From assembly GCA_002633005.1 (NCBI GenBank), contig NMRA01000057.1, positions 180,469 to 244,468 on the forward strand: 64,000 nucleotides of DNA, in the 5' to 3' direction. The notes under the pieces are model-generated. The model ran no database searches. It saw only the letters and a program-made list of their open reading frames with translations, and was not told the DNA's origin. Shown piece by piece: positions 49,101 to 61,100 of the stretch. Numbering within the stretch: position 1 is the first letter of the stretch; every line of letters begins with the position of its first letter. The translations under genes were made by a program, and so were the position numbers. The DNA is from Phoronis australis (taxonomy: Eukaryota > Animalia > Phoronida).

Positions 49101-52100
49101 ACTGAATATATTGACGGTACACATATAACACTTAACACATAATATAAAGCCATGGGCAACAACCACACAATGTTCTGGCATTAGCTCACCCGCAACTACA
49201 ACCCCACCCCCACTTTCCAGTAATTCTCAAGTATGAGCTAATTTTCATTGTTTCTCATGTGTAAGTCATCCTGCCCAGGTAAAAACCCATCCCTTCTACC
49301 TCAAACCAAGCCAAATTGACCTCTTTCGCTGGAGCCCTGCCGCAAAAGGTGTTAAAAAAGCCACCCGGGTATAAGCCTATCCCTATTTATGGAGATGTTT
49401 AATTATGAACCCACGGGCATACACCAATCAGATGCAATGTTTCGAAGAATGTTATATTTGAACACCATGGGCTAACAAGCCTGGCAAAACTACGGTTTCC
49501 CGAAACAACATGTTGCTTCCAGCCTCTGACGCTCACCCAGGTCTGTCTACAGTGACAGCTTTAGTGGCACCCTGCTGAGAGGACTCCATCAACTTCTGGA
49601 GCTGACTGACCTGCAAATGAGAAATGGCAAGACACCTGTAAATCATGATACCCTATCTTACAAAGAATTCTTCAGTGCACTGGATAGATCAAAGTGATTT
49701 GTGTATGATGCTCCCTCTGTTGAACACTCAGACAGGCTCAGTGGGCAATGGATGAAATGTTAGGATATTTTGTGACATTGGTTTTGCGCCTCAATGAACA
49801 TTTTCTGAGCAAAAATGAACAAAATTTTATCAAAGCCGCAAAAATGCTCAGTGTCTGAAAATCAAAACTGAGCTTACAAACTAAAAGGAATCTAATTAAA
49901 CCCTCCATAAGAAAATGTAACAAAAATCCCCTCAGGTTCTCCATCAGCTTCTCCCGCTACACTCCCCCCAACCCCCACTCACCCTATGCTGTAACTCTGT
50001 ATTCTCCCGCTGGACTCTATCCAAGTTTTCCTGTATTCGCCCACTCTCCTCCCGTGATTCTTTAAGTTCATTCTCCAGCTTCACCATCTGACTTTGATGT
50101 TGTGACACCAGTGTGGACTCGCGCAAACCACTCTCCTCTGAAAGGCACAATGTTCACAACTTTTCTGCCAATTTGCGTACACTGCGTGCACAGATTTCAA
50201 CATATACTGCGCAATACTGAGCTTACAAAGTTATGATGCGTGCAATTTTATTTAGATTTTTTTAAAACTACCCGACTTCACCAGAACATATTGAAGAAAC
50301 AATGTCTTAATTCTTGTAAATGAATTTTTGGCACAAGTTTTTGCCAAAGAACTGAAACATACCCGTTGACTGTTTCGTCGTCTGCTCTATGCCAGACAGT
50401 CTCTCTTTCAGCTCTTTGTTTTCGTTCACCAATTTGTCAATCTCTGCCTTCTGTGAAGTCAACTTATTTTTGGCCGACTGTAGAATGCCACGTGACTGCC
50501 CCTGCTTCTTCTCCAGATCTTCAATCTGTGTTTTAAATGCTTTCTCGGCCTCTTTTGATGAATCGAGGTCACGCTGAGTCTGTTGAAGTTGCTCGGTGAG
50601 AGAACTAGCGGAGTTTATCGAATCGGTGAGCTTCGATTCCAATTCTGTTTTAGCCTTCACCGCATCCATGAGAGACTGCTCAGAGGTGGCAACTTTTTCT
50701 TCGAGTGCCTTCACCTAGGAATTGGAGCAGACGTCACTAAACTTCCATCCAAATGCTTGATGTGTTTTCAACAAAAACCAAATCAAAATTCAATGTGATA
50801 AAGTTCACCACCCTGAACATGAACCGTGGTGTGTCTAGCACATTCATATACAGCAACACATTCATTGTTAATCATTTTTCTCTGAGAAATGCCAAATCAA
50901 TGGACAGCAACAGACTAATGAAATCTAAGAGTATAACAAAATATTGATGATCATTTCAGCAATCACGCATCACATCAGTGTGAATGACTGACAAATGCAT
51001 GACATCACGTCACCAAATGACAGAGACAAACAGTCAACAAACAACAATAGACATAAACTACACAGCATGAATATGTTGAAAGACAAAGTGTTAGAAACAA
51101 AGTGTTAGAAAGCCATTGTATTGTACAATAATGACCACTTCTAGATATCAAATGATTTACAGTTATTCCGCATCAAGAAATGGTAGACTTCAGTGACAGC
51201 AGCTCACTCGCTGAATTTTGACATTTGTGTCATCACACCCATTCTATTTAAATTCAAACTACCACATGAATAAACCAATCACCTGTCCTTGATGTTCAAA
51301 TGGTGATTACGACCTTTTAGTTGTCTTACGCTGGGAGGTCAGACACTATCATAACGCACAGGAGAAAGTACAGTAGTTTTCAAAAAAGGTGAAAATTAAT
51401 GCACTATCTTCATTTCAAAAAATCAACTTAACATAGTTGATTTTCTTCAGCATTTCTTAGTTTCGACAATGAAAATTTGACAATACCATTCTGAGAATTA
51501 AACTACTTGAATTTTCCTTCTCACATTGAAATGATTTAATTGTAATCTTACGAACGAAGTGGCTTACCGCACAGGTAACTTCTTAAAACAAAACATCAAA
51601 ATCAATGTACTATTAAGAGAACCTATCTGTTCCTTCAATAACTGAGAAAACAGTAACCATCTGTTACCTGTTCATCGCTGACTGTGCTGGCAGGTGGCGC
51701 TGATGCTGTCTTGGCTTTCAATTCATCATGCTCCTTCTGAAGCACTTCGTACTGGGTGCGGTACTTACGACCAACCTTTCGTAGCTGAGAAAGAGCCAAG
51801 ATACTGACAAAATGTGTACTCAGATTCTGGATAACTAGATTTCTAAATTGCACCAATGCATCAAATTTTAACTGCACACATTTCATATACAGAGCCTAAT
51901 GGTTTACGTCACATTGTACAAGCTGTCAACAAAACTGTAGTGGAGAGGTTATGAGTAACTCTTAGAAAAATGTCAAGATTTGGCAAACTTGGGAGCACCG
52001 TACTTAAAAGAGGATAGACTGAATTCGAATGAAACCTTCAGTTGCATTGTTCCTCGAAAGTTAAAAGCTCTTAAAATGTTTCACTTTTTACTGAGGTGCT

Positions 52101-55100
52101 AATAAAAAATATGACATTTACAACTCTCCTAAAAAAGTCAAAAGATGGCATAAAACAAAAATGATCAAATAATGTTAGAAAACTGACAGTGTTGTGTTGC
52201 ACATCAACACAGTAGTCTTCTTTCAACTGAGGACATTCTTTGACCCACAATGCAACACAGGAAACCACTACTGCTGTACACAGTTTACAAACCTGATTCA
52301 TGGTCTTCATCTTTTCTTCAATATCTGCCTTCTTTGCTTCAACATCTGCTTGAAGTGAGCTAAGCTCTTTCCTGCAAGCCATCCACGAGGAAAGGTTGAA
52401 GACAACATAAATGAAATATGTGCATGCACAAGACTGTACGATAATGCTGGAATTTCCCAGTTTTTGTAGTGCATTACATCACCATAAGGCAATGCCATGA
52501 CTACCTTAAGCTACAACCACCCGAGAACCTCAGATCTATCTACTGGGCAACTCTACGTCTCTCCCGATTCCTGCCTGCACAGGCACATAATTTTGCTCAA
52601 GTTCATCTTTGTTATGTCAACAAGTAAACACACGTTTACAAATCAACTGTGATTTCAAAAGTCCCCTTATACAACACCTTAGTGTAACCCATTACTCTGA
52701 ACACATGGCTAAAAACATATTCAGCACGATGTCCTTACAATTCAAAAATCTCAGATTTAATTCTTCTGTCGGATGATATTGGTCTTTACAATAGAGGAAC
52801 TGTTTTGCACAATTTCAACATGAAAAGCATTACAGAGTTAAATGATGGTGCACACAGCATCACAGAATGTGGACAGCAGGTCTAACTTACTGTAATTTTT
52901 CAGTCTGTGCTCGTAGCGAACCCTCCTCAGTTTTGGTTGATGTCAGTTCCGTTTTGGAGGTTGTTAACTCATTTCTACAATACAACAAAATGGTCAATGC
53001 AAGCAGTTTCCACATGTCCAGGCAAAGAATGCTTAACACGAAATATAAACTTTTGTAAAGCATGATGTGAATAATGAGCGACCCTTGACAACAAATGTCA
53101 TAATGCTAATAATCTGCTTCCAATCACAGACCCAAGTCCAGTGGTGTTTAATAGAGTTAGAGAAAAACACAGTTCATGTTATGCCTTTCAAAAAGGTAAA
53201 AACAAAACTTTGCTAGCAGTTTAAAATGACAGCAGCATTCATTACTACCTTCAAACTACAATTCACAATTTTAACTTATTTCTTAAAACAAAGACAACGA
53301 ATATCAACATACTGGACAGACAAGAGTTGGTTCTTGACACGTGACAACTCCGCACGTGCCTTGGTTGCCTCCTCCGTGCTCTGAGCCAGAGACTGACGCA
53401 GTTGCTCCTTCTCTTGTCTACAATAATAAGGTCAAAAACATCTTACACGCAGGCCACATTCCGTGTCATGTAATACGACACTCACCATGGATGACAACTC
53501 TAAAAGCCAACAGATACAAAAAAACAAAGTAATCGGTTTACAGTTTGTTCTTACCAAACCAAGCGACCCCAAAAGTGGTGATATCTAATATTAAACAACT
53601 GTTGACAACCAGTGTATTGATCGCAAACCCCATGATTACAGACAGGATTAGTACTTTTACATTGTCTATGAGCAACAAACACTAAGGTTCCATTGAGCAC
53701 TGCTTAGGTAATAAGAGCCCGACAGATCATACAATTTATAGTCTTCCCAATTTCCTGATAAATACAGACAAATGACAAGACTTTACAATAATCAGGTGGT
53801 CAATGCAAAGGGCCCAACCAAGCGGCCTAAACATGCCTGGAGTATCACAAAAAGCATAAGGCCACCTGTCACTTTCTTGTAGGTAAAATGACAATTACCT
53901 GGGAACACCAAATTTCCCAGAATGGCGAGTGTGTTTTAAATTAATTTTGCAATGGTTACAAAAATTGAGTTGTGATATTAGGCAAATTCACATTTCTTGT
54001 TTTTAATAGTAACTGAGATCGAAATGGATCTCACCGGTGTTCTAGTAGGTTTGACGAAACTTTTCATTCTAGTTTTATCTTACTTTGAAGATGGCCTTTC
54101 GGCAGCCAATAAAGCGCTCATTTATAACTTTTTGTTGCTTGTATGATCATACTCGTACTCCGGTCTTTCAACTAATTGGATTACTAACCACACAGGAGCA
54201 GAAAGCACAGCTTTACCCGACACTCTACTTCAATCATTCACCACCACCAAGATGCCAATCTTGTTCGCCTTTTTATGCCTCGACAGTTCACAGACAAAAT
54301 GTGAACAGTCGGTTGCACTTACCAGTCACTCCAAAACGTTGGGCCCGCTCAGTTTGCCTGGATTGTGTGATGACTGGTTCAAAGAAAAACGTTACCAAAG
54401 GTAGGGACATCGCCTACCATTCCATGACTTACTTCACTTTCTTCAGCTCCTCAGGGTCTGCCCTGTTTGCCTGATCTATTAGCTGATTGGTTCGTTTCTT
54501 CCAACGTTCTATTTCCTCTTTAAGGAGGCGTTTCTCATCGGTAAGTGCATCTCTGTTTGCAGTAAGATCACGAATTCGACTCTGTAGTGGCGTGATGTCA
54601 GACTCAAGTTTCTGCACCTGAAATGAATACAAAATTCTTTCAATTAGGCCTTAATTTATCTCGTTTTACAATCTATACTTCTCAAATTCTTAAATTAAGG
54701 TGTCACTAAAATGACCCAGAGTTTTGAACAAAATGTGACTTTCCATGTCTCCTTGAAAATATCTCCGACAAGTAATCCTCTTTCAATATACAGCCACAAC
54801 ATTCCATTGCTTTTCTCTAATGTCATTTTCTAAGCTAGGCTTAAATGCAGCTCATCAATTCAAGCAATTTAAGACTTAATCCCCTCCAACTTTTTCATTT
54901 CCAAGCTGTAACTTCACCAAAACTAGATGGCTTGGATAATAATTTGTACTTTTAGAACTCATCATCCCCACCCAACAGCAAATCCTACCTTCTCCTCGAA
55001 TTCCCGGATCTGTCCAATCATCCTCTCATTCTCTTCACGTAACATCCTGTTGCTGTCTGTCAAAATGTTCAGATTCTCCACTTTACGCAATAGTTCCGCA

Positions 55101-58100
55101 TGCTGTGCTGCACTGCTGCTGGACACCTAGAGGACAAATGAGGAACAAAATGAGCTAAGAAACAGGAAGTGACCACGTTCATTTCGGAAGGGTTGAAAAA
55201 AGAATGAGCAAAGCATGAGCTTTCCTAAAACTTACAATTGCACAGAGGCGCATAATTTTATCCAGTTCAATTCGCCATCTTTTTGGTCACATCACGTGAC
55301 CTAATGAATATAAGTCCAAAAAGATTTTTGCCCTTGACCAGGACGAGAATCCAGGACCTTCTGCTCACCGTGCAGACGCTTGAGCCACTGAGCCACTAAG
55401 ATATATTTTTACACATAATTTTATCCAGAAGTACTCTCTGAAATAAACACGCCAAAACTGACCATGTGACACATGACCAAATAAGTCAGAAGTAGGAAGA
55501 ACATAAAAGTTTTGGATGACATTGTAGCTCTAAAACCAGTGCGTAAGATCATCTCACTTGGCTCCTCTCTCGTTCTTCGTTCAAAGCCTGCGTCAGATCG
55601 TTGAGTTGGCCTTCAAACTGGTCCGCCTTGTGTCTAAGCCGATTAGTCTCAGCCTGTGCTGCTTCAAACTTGGTCTCGCAGATATCCTTCTCTCGTCTCA
55701 AGAACCTGAATGAAAGGTCAGATAACTTGCAAAAAGCACAAATTAAGTTAAAGAGGACTCCACATTAAGAAAACAGAATAATGGAGAATGTATGCACTAA
55801 ACATACAGTTCACCTCACGTTTGCAAATTACACAAGGTATACACTATATACGGTAAGTAAAGAACTAAATACGCCTTTATACAGGAACATAGAATTGCTG
55901 AAAGTCTAGGGAGGTTCCCAATCGCGCCACTATGTTACACGTGTGACGATCTCTGTGATTGTCTGCTTCTTGACCTTCGATTGGGGTCATTCATTGTCTG
56001 ACTCTCTTCACATAGAGGAAAGATTGCGAACCTCGCAAGACTTCTGGTGATTCTATGTTCCTGTGTAATGGAGTTATGGTGTGTAATAGGGGAATGTTCC
56101 AAAAGATCGAAATAAGCCCGCACATTCTGAGGGGGTCATCTTGATAGATCATTCCTGGATACTCTTAATGGTCTGTTTGCACTAAACTTTATCCCGTCTT
56201 GCAGTCGTAGGCTTGATGATGATCAAGAAAGCTAAATCCAAATGTTGTAATATGGAAGTTGGACAGGTGTACACAGAGTAAGTGTTCAGATATGACCCCA
56301 TCACAGTCTTGTAATTAAACTCACATAGCAGAGTGCCTTGCCTTTCTATGGACCTGGCACGAATAATAAGGTTATCTAGGACCTTAATAAATGACCTCAA
56401 CTTGAAGTCAAATGTCGAAAAAAACTACGCTTTGTCAACCATTAAAAGTACACAAGAAGAAAGATCGGGGATTTTAAAAATATGTTTCTTACTACTGTGT
56501 CTATATTGTCACGTGACCACGGTTTTTAAGTCAAATTGTCACGTGCAACAAAGGTACATGGACAGCAAAATAACCCCCCAGTGAATTACTAAAAAAAAAT
56601 TTAAATCGNCACTATATACGGTAAGTAAAGAACTAAATACGCCTTTATACAGGAACATAGAATTGCTGAAAGTCTAGGGAGGTTCCCAATCTCGCCACTA
56701 TGTTACACGTGTGACGATCTCTGTGATTGTCTGCTTCTTGACCTTCGATTGGGGTCATTCATTGTCTGACTCTCTTCACGTAGAGGAAAGATTGCGAACC
56801 TCGCAAGACTTCTGGTGATTCTATGTTCCTGTGTAATGGAGTTATGGTGTGTAATAGGGGAATGTTCCAAAAGATCGAAATAAGCCCGCACATTCTGAGG
56901 GGGTCATCTTGATAGATCATTCCTGGATGCTCTTAATGGTCTGTTTGCACTAAACTTTATCCCGTCTTGTAGTCGTAGGCTTGATGATGATCAAGAAAGC
57001 TAAATCCAAATGTTGTAATATGGAAGTTGGACAGGTGTACACAGAGTAAGTGTTCAGATATGACCCCATCACAGTCTTGTAATTAAACTCACATAGCAGA
57101 GTGCCTTGCCTTTCTATGGACCTGGCACGAATAATAAGGTTATCTAGGACCTTAATAAATGACCTCAACTTGAAGTCAAATGTCGAAAAAAACTACGCTT
57201 TGTCAACCATTAAAAGTACACAAGAAGAAAGATCGGGGATTTTAAAAATATGTTTCTTACTACTGTGTCTATATTGTCACGTGACCACGGTTTTTAAGTC
57301 AAATTGTCACGTGCAACAAAGGTACATGGACAGCAAAATAACCCCCCAGTGAATTACTAAAAAAAAATTTAAATCGAAACAGTCTCAAAAACACAGTTAC
57401 TTTTTTTTTTTAAAATGTCTAGTACACGTACCGAGCAATGTACGAATAAGACCGCTGTTTTTTTTACAAAATACCATGTGTTTTACAAGTTAATTTGCCA
57501 TAAAACCCAAACTGAGTGAATAATCAAAAATTCCTAAGTGTTTTTGAGACATAACATAAGTTTTCATTTAAAAAAGATTTAGTAAAATCAGTTGGGGAGT
57601 TATTTTGCTATGAGTGTACCTTTTCTGCACATGAAAATTTGACTAAAAAAAATTTGTCACATGACAACAGGTAAGACACAGCAGTAAGAAGCACATGTTT
57701 AGAAACCTGGCTCGATCTTTCTCCTTCAAGATAAACTTTAAAGGTTGACAAAGCATAGCTTTTTCGATATTTAACTGACAGTTTAGGTCGTTCATTAAGG
57801 TCCTAGATAACTTTAAGTAATTTTTATCATTTTCTATAGCACACTATTCTTAAAGTTTGGAAATTAAAATTATCTGGTATGTTGGTCCTTTTAATAGTAG
57901 TTCAAAATCTAGACAATGAATTAGGTGGATGCTTTAAATGGAATACTTGACTGGTAAATTTTAACCTTGCAGCATTTTATACAGAAGACAACAGGCAATT
58001 ACAAAGGCATAAGGTCATACTAAGTAAACCACTGTAAATAGTGATCAAGAAGAACATCCAATCGGATGACTCACTTGATGACCTCCAGAAGCTGTTCAGA

Positions 58101-61100
58101 AGTCTTGGAAGATTCATCACTGAAGGACACATTGAGTGAGTCCTGTCTTTGGTGGAATGATGTCATCTGAGCACTCAGCTGTAACAGTCACATGATATGA
58201 GGTGTCCAATCGGAATTCAAAAATAGAAATGTCAGGAGTCACCTAATATGGACTGTCCAATCATAAATGAACAGGAGCAATAACAGGATCAGCTGATATC
58301 AGGAGACAAATCAGAGCTAAACAACAGTAATGGCAAGCGTAACTGAAAACTTGTAATATTTCTCCCAGTAAAACAGTATCGCTTCTTTTCTCCAACAAGT
58401 ATTGATAACTGAACGGTTTCTGCCAAAACTGTACCACCCTCAGCCAGTGTTCCTACGCAACGTCTCCACAGCAGACCACTTAAATCTGACCCAGCTATAT
58501 CTATTCAAGGAGGGATTCATGGCCGCCACTCACACAGCCTCTCCAACACCCTGCTCAAACTAAAAACTCTCACTGTCTAGCAGACTCACGTCCGTTGTCT
58601 CAAATGGGTGCCCAGAACCACTAACAGTGTTCTCACTGAATGTATTCAAACTGTGTGCTGTAAAATGACTGAAAATTCTGGGCAAAGTTTGAAAATCTTG
58701 AGCTGTAAAAATTCTAATCCAAGTTTACAATCAAAAACCTTGTTTGAAAAGCCAGAATTTTGCCTACTCTACAAGACAAATGATTTAAATAATTCTGCAT
58801 GTTGGTCGTTACCTTCATTTTTTGTCATAAAAATGATAGAGACATTCTTGGCAAGTTAAAATAACCATTAATATGATTGTTTGTTTACTGCGAAATCGCA
58901 GAAAGGAATATCAGGTCATGAAAACACAAAATACAATTTACTACGTATGAACTCTTATACAAGGAGAACCCCAGTGAATAAGGCGTCCAAACACTGTAGA
59001 GTTTAAAGCAATAACATTCACTACGCAGTGCAGAGATATGCACTTTCTGTGGGGCTGTTTTGTGTCACCTACACGGAAGTGATAATCCCCTTAGAAAAAA
59101 TTTGTCACTTATTAGTCGTCTGATTTATGGTCCATGTACCTCGGTGTTGTCGTCTAGGAAGACCAGCAGAAGGCAACGTAATTTTCGAGGGAACAAGCCA
59201 GTCTTCAATCCACAGTAGAACAAAAAATATTACTGAATTTCCAGAAGTGTTTCGATTCATAATTAGCGCATCAAGTATCCAACATTTAGACAACGGTAAC
59301 ATGACCATGAGTCACCGTGCCAAACATGAGGTTAGGACAGGAACTGAGCTCAAAAGTCAGCATAGTCTGATATAACGTGCCCGTATTTTGAGAACCAGTT
59401 TGATGCCCGTTATTTAGTGGAGGAAACAGGTTCTCAAAATTTGGGCACGTTATATCAGAGCATTACCCAAAAGTCTATTAATCATGATTTCATTTACTCC
59501 CAGATATTTAATAAATTTCTTCCCTGGATTTAGAAAGTTCGCAACTGGTTATGGCAAATACCTTTATAATCTAAACCAATTAATTTATCAATGAACAAAT
59601 GAGACTCACCTCCTGTAACTGATTATGCAGTAGATCGTTCTGTTTGCCCAGTTCCTTTGCCTTAATCTCCCACTTCTGGCACTCATGACGCAGTAGCTTC
59701 TCTTGTTCTGTCCACGACTCCTGCAAGAAATAGCGATCATTTTACACACCCGAGACGAAAATAAACCGCAAGCACAATAAAGAACAGTTCTGAGTCAAAA
59801 GCAAGAAGGACGGCCATTTTAACACTAGTGAGTGTTCTACAGATACAGCGAGATTATCTGGCGGCGCTGAAAGAGGTTCACACAAGGAAACTTTATTTTC
59901 TCTTTCCTAAATAAGGGTAGTTAACTCCTCATTAATATTTAGCACAGTCAGCAGACAATTGTTCGCTGCCTAACAAGTTTCTGGATTTCATGTACAACCA
60001 ACTTTCTAAAGTGTAACCAAACCCAGAGAAATAAATTGCTCTGCAGCAACTCCCCATTAGTGTGGATGTTTGGTGCAGTGGACCCAACCATGAGGCCTGC
60101 GCACGTCTGATGCGCCCCAAATGACATCAGATCACCTACACTTTTCTTTTAACTCCCCATTACTATCCTGTAACATTGATTATCTATGAAGAACAATTTA
60201 AGATTTTGGAAAAAAACTGTTTTTAAATTTTCTAAGTAGTTTCATTGTACACTGAGAATCTAATAAAAACATTATGATAAAACAAGTCAAAATTTTGAGA
60301 AATTATCTACAAATTCGCTGTAACTAACAAACAAAAATGTTGATTTGCAAATTATTTGTCAAAGATCAACTTAATAAGAACAGAGTTCTATATCTCAGAC
60401 AAGCTGACGAGCTACACATATTACGGTAATGTTCCTCAAATTTGAAAAAATAATGACCAAATTGGCATTTTTTATTTTTCAAATGCTCATCGTATTTACA
60501 AAAATTTTCAAAAAATTTCACCGTGTGTCTGTCGATAACAGCTGTACTAAAAAAATTTTCAAAAATTAAGTGAAATTGTTTTCTTGTTTAATCTTGTTGA
60601 AAATTTTCTTTTAAATAAAAATTTTACTGTTCCACTATATTGAGTTAAAGAACTTTACCGTACATCAAAAACACAACACAAACCTTGGAAACATTAAGTG
60701 CTGTCTCAGCCTTTTTCTTTTCCTCTGTAATTCCATTGAATTTCTCGGTGAATCCCTGGACCTAACATGATTGAATATAAATACATGAGAAGTGAACAAC
60801 AACTGAGTTCAATAAACCTTAAGAGAAAACAATGACAACTTAAGGCAAAAATTTGGAAATTTTCCCAGCAACTTGCAAATTATTTATAATGCTTCTAACG
60901 GAAGCCAGTGAGGGCTCTCACTAGAAACCGGTTCCAGTAGAAACCGGTGGCTGGAAAGTACAAAAATGCCTAATGCCTTTAATAAAAGTGAGTCTCCGAT
61001 AAAATCGCAGAGCTTGAACTAATTTGAGATGGAAGGATATCAGTTTTGATATTCACACTTTCGTTTGAAGCAAATTAGTTCTATTCCATACCTCAGTCTT

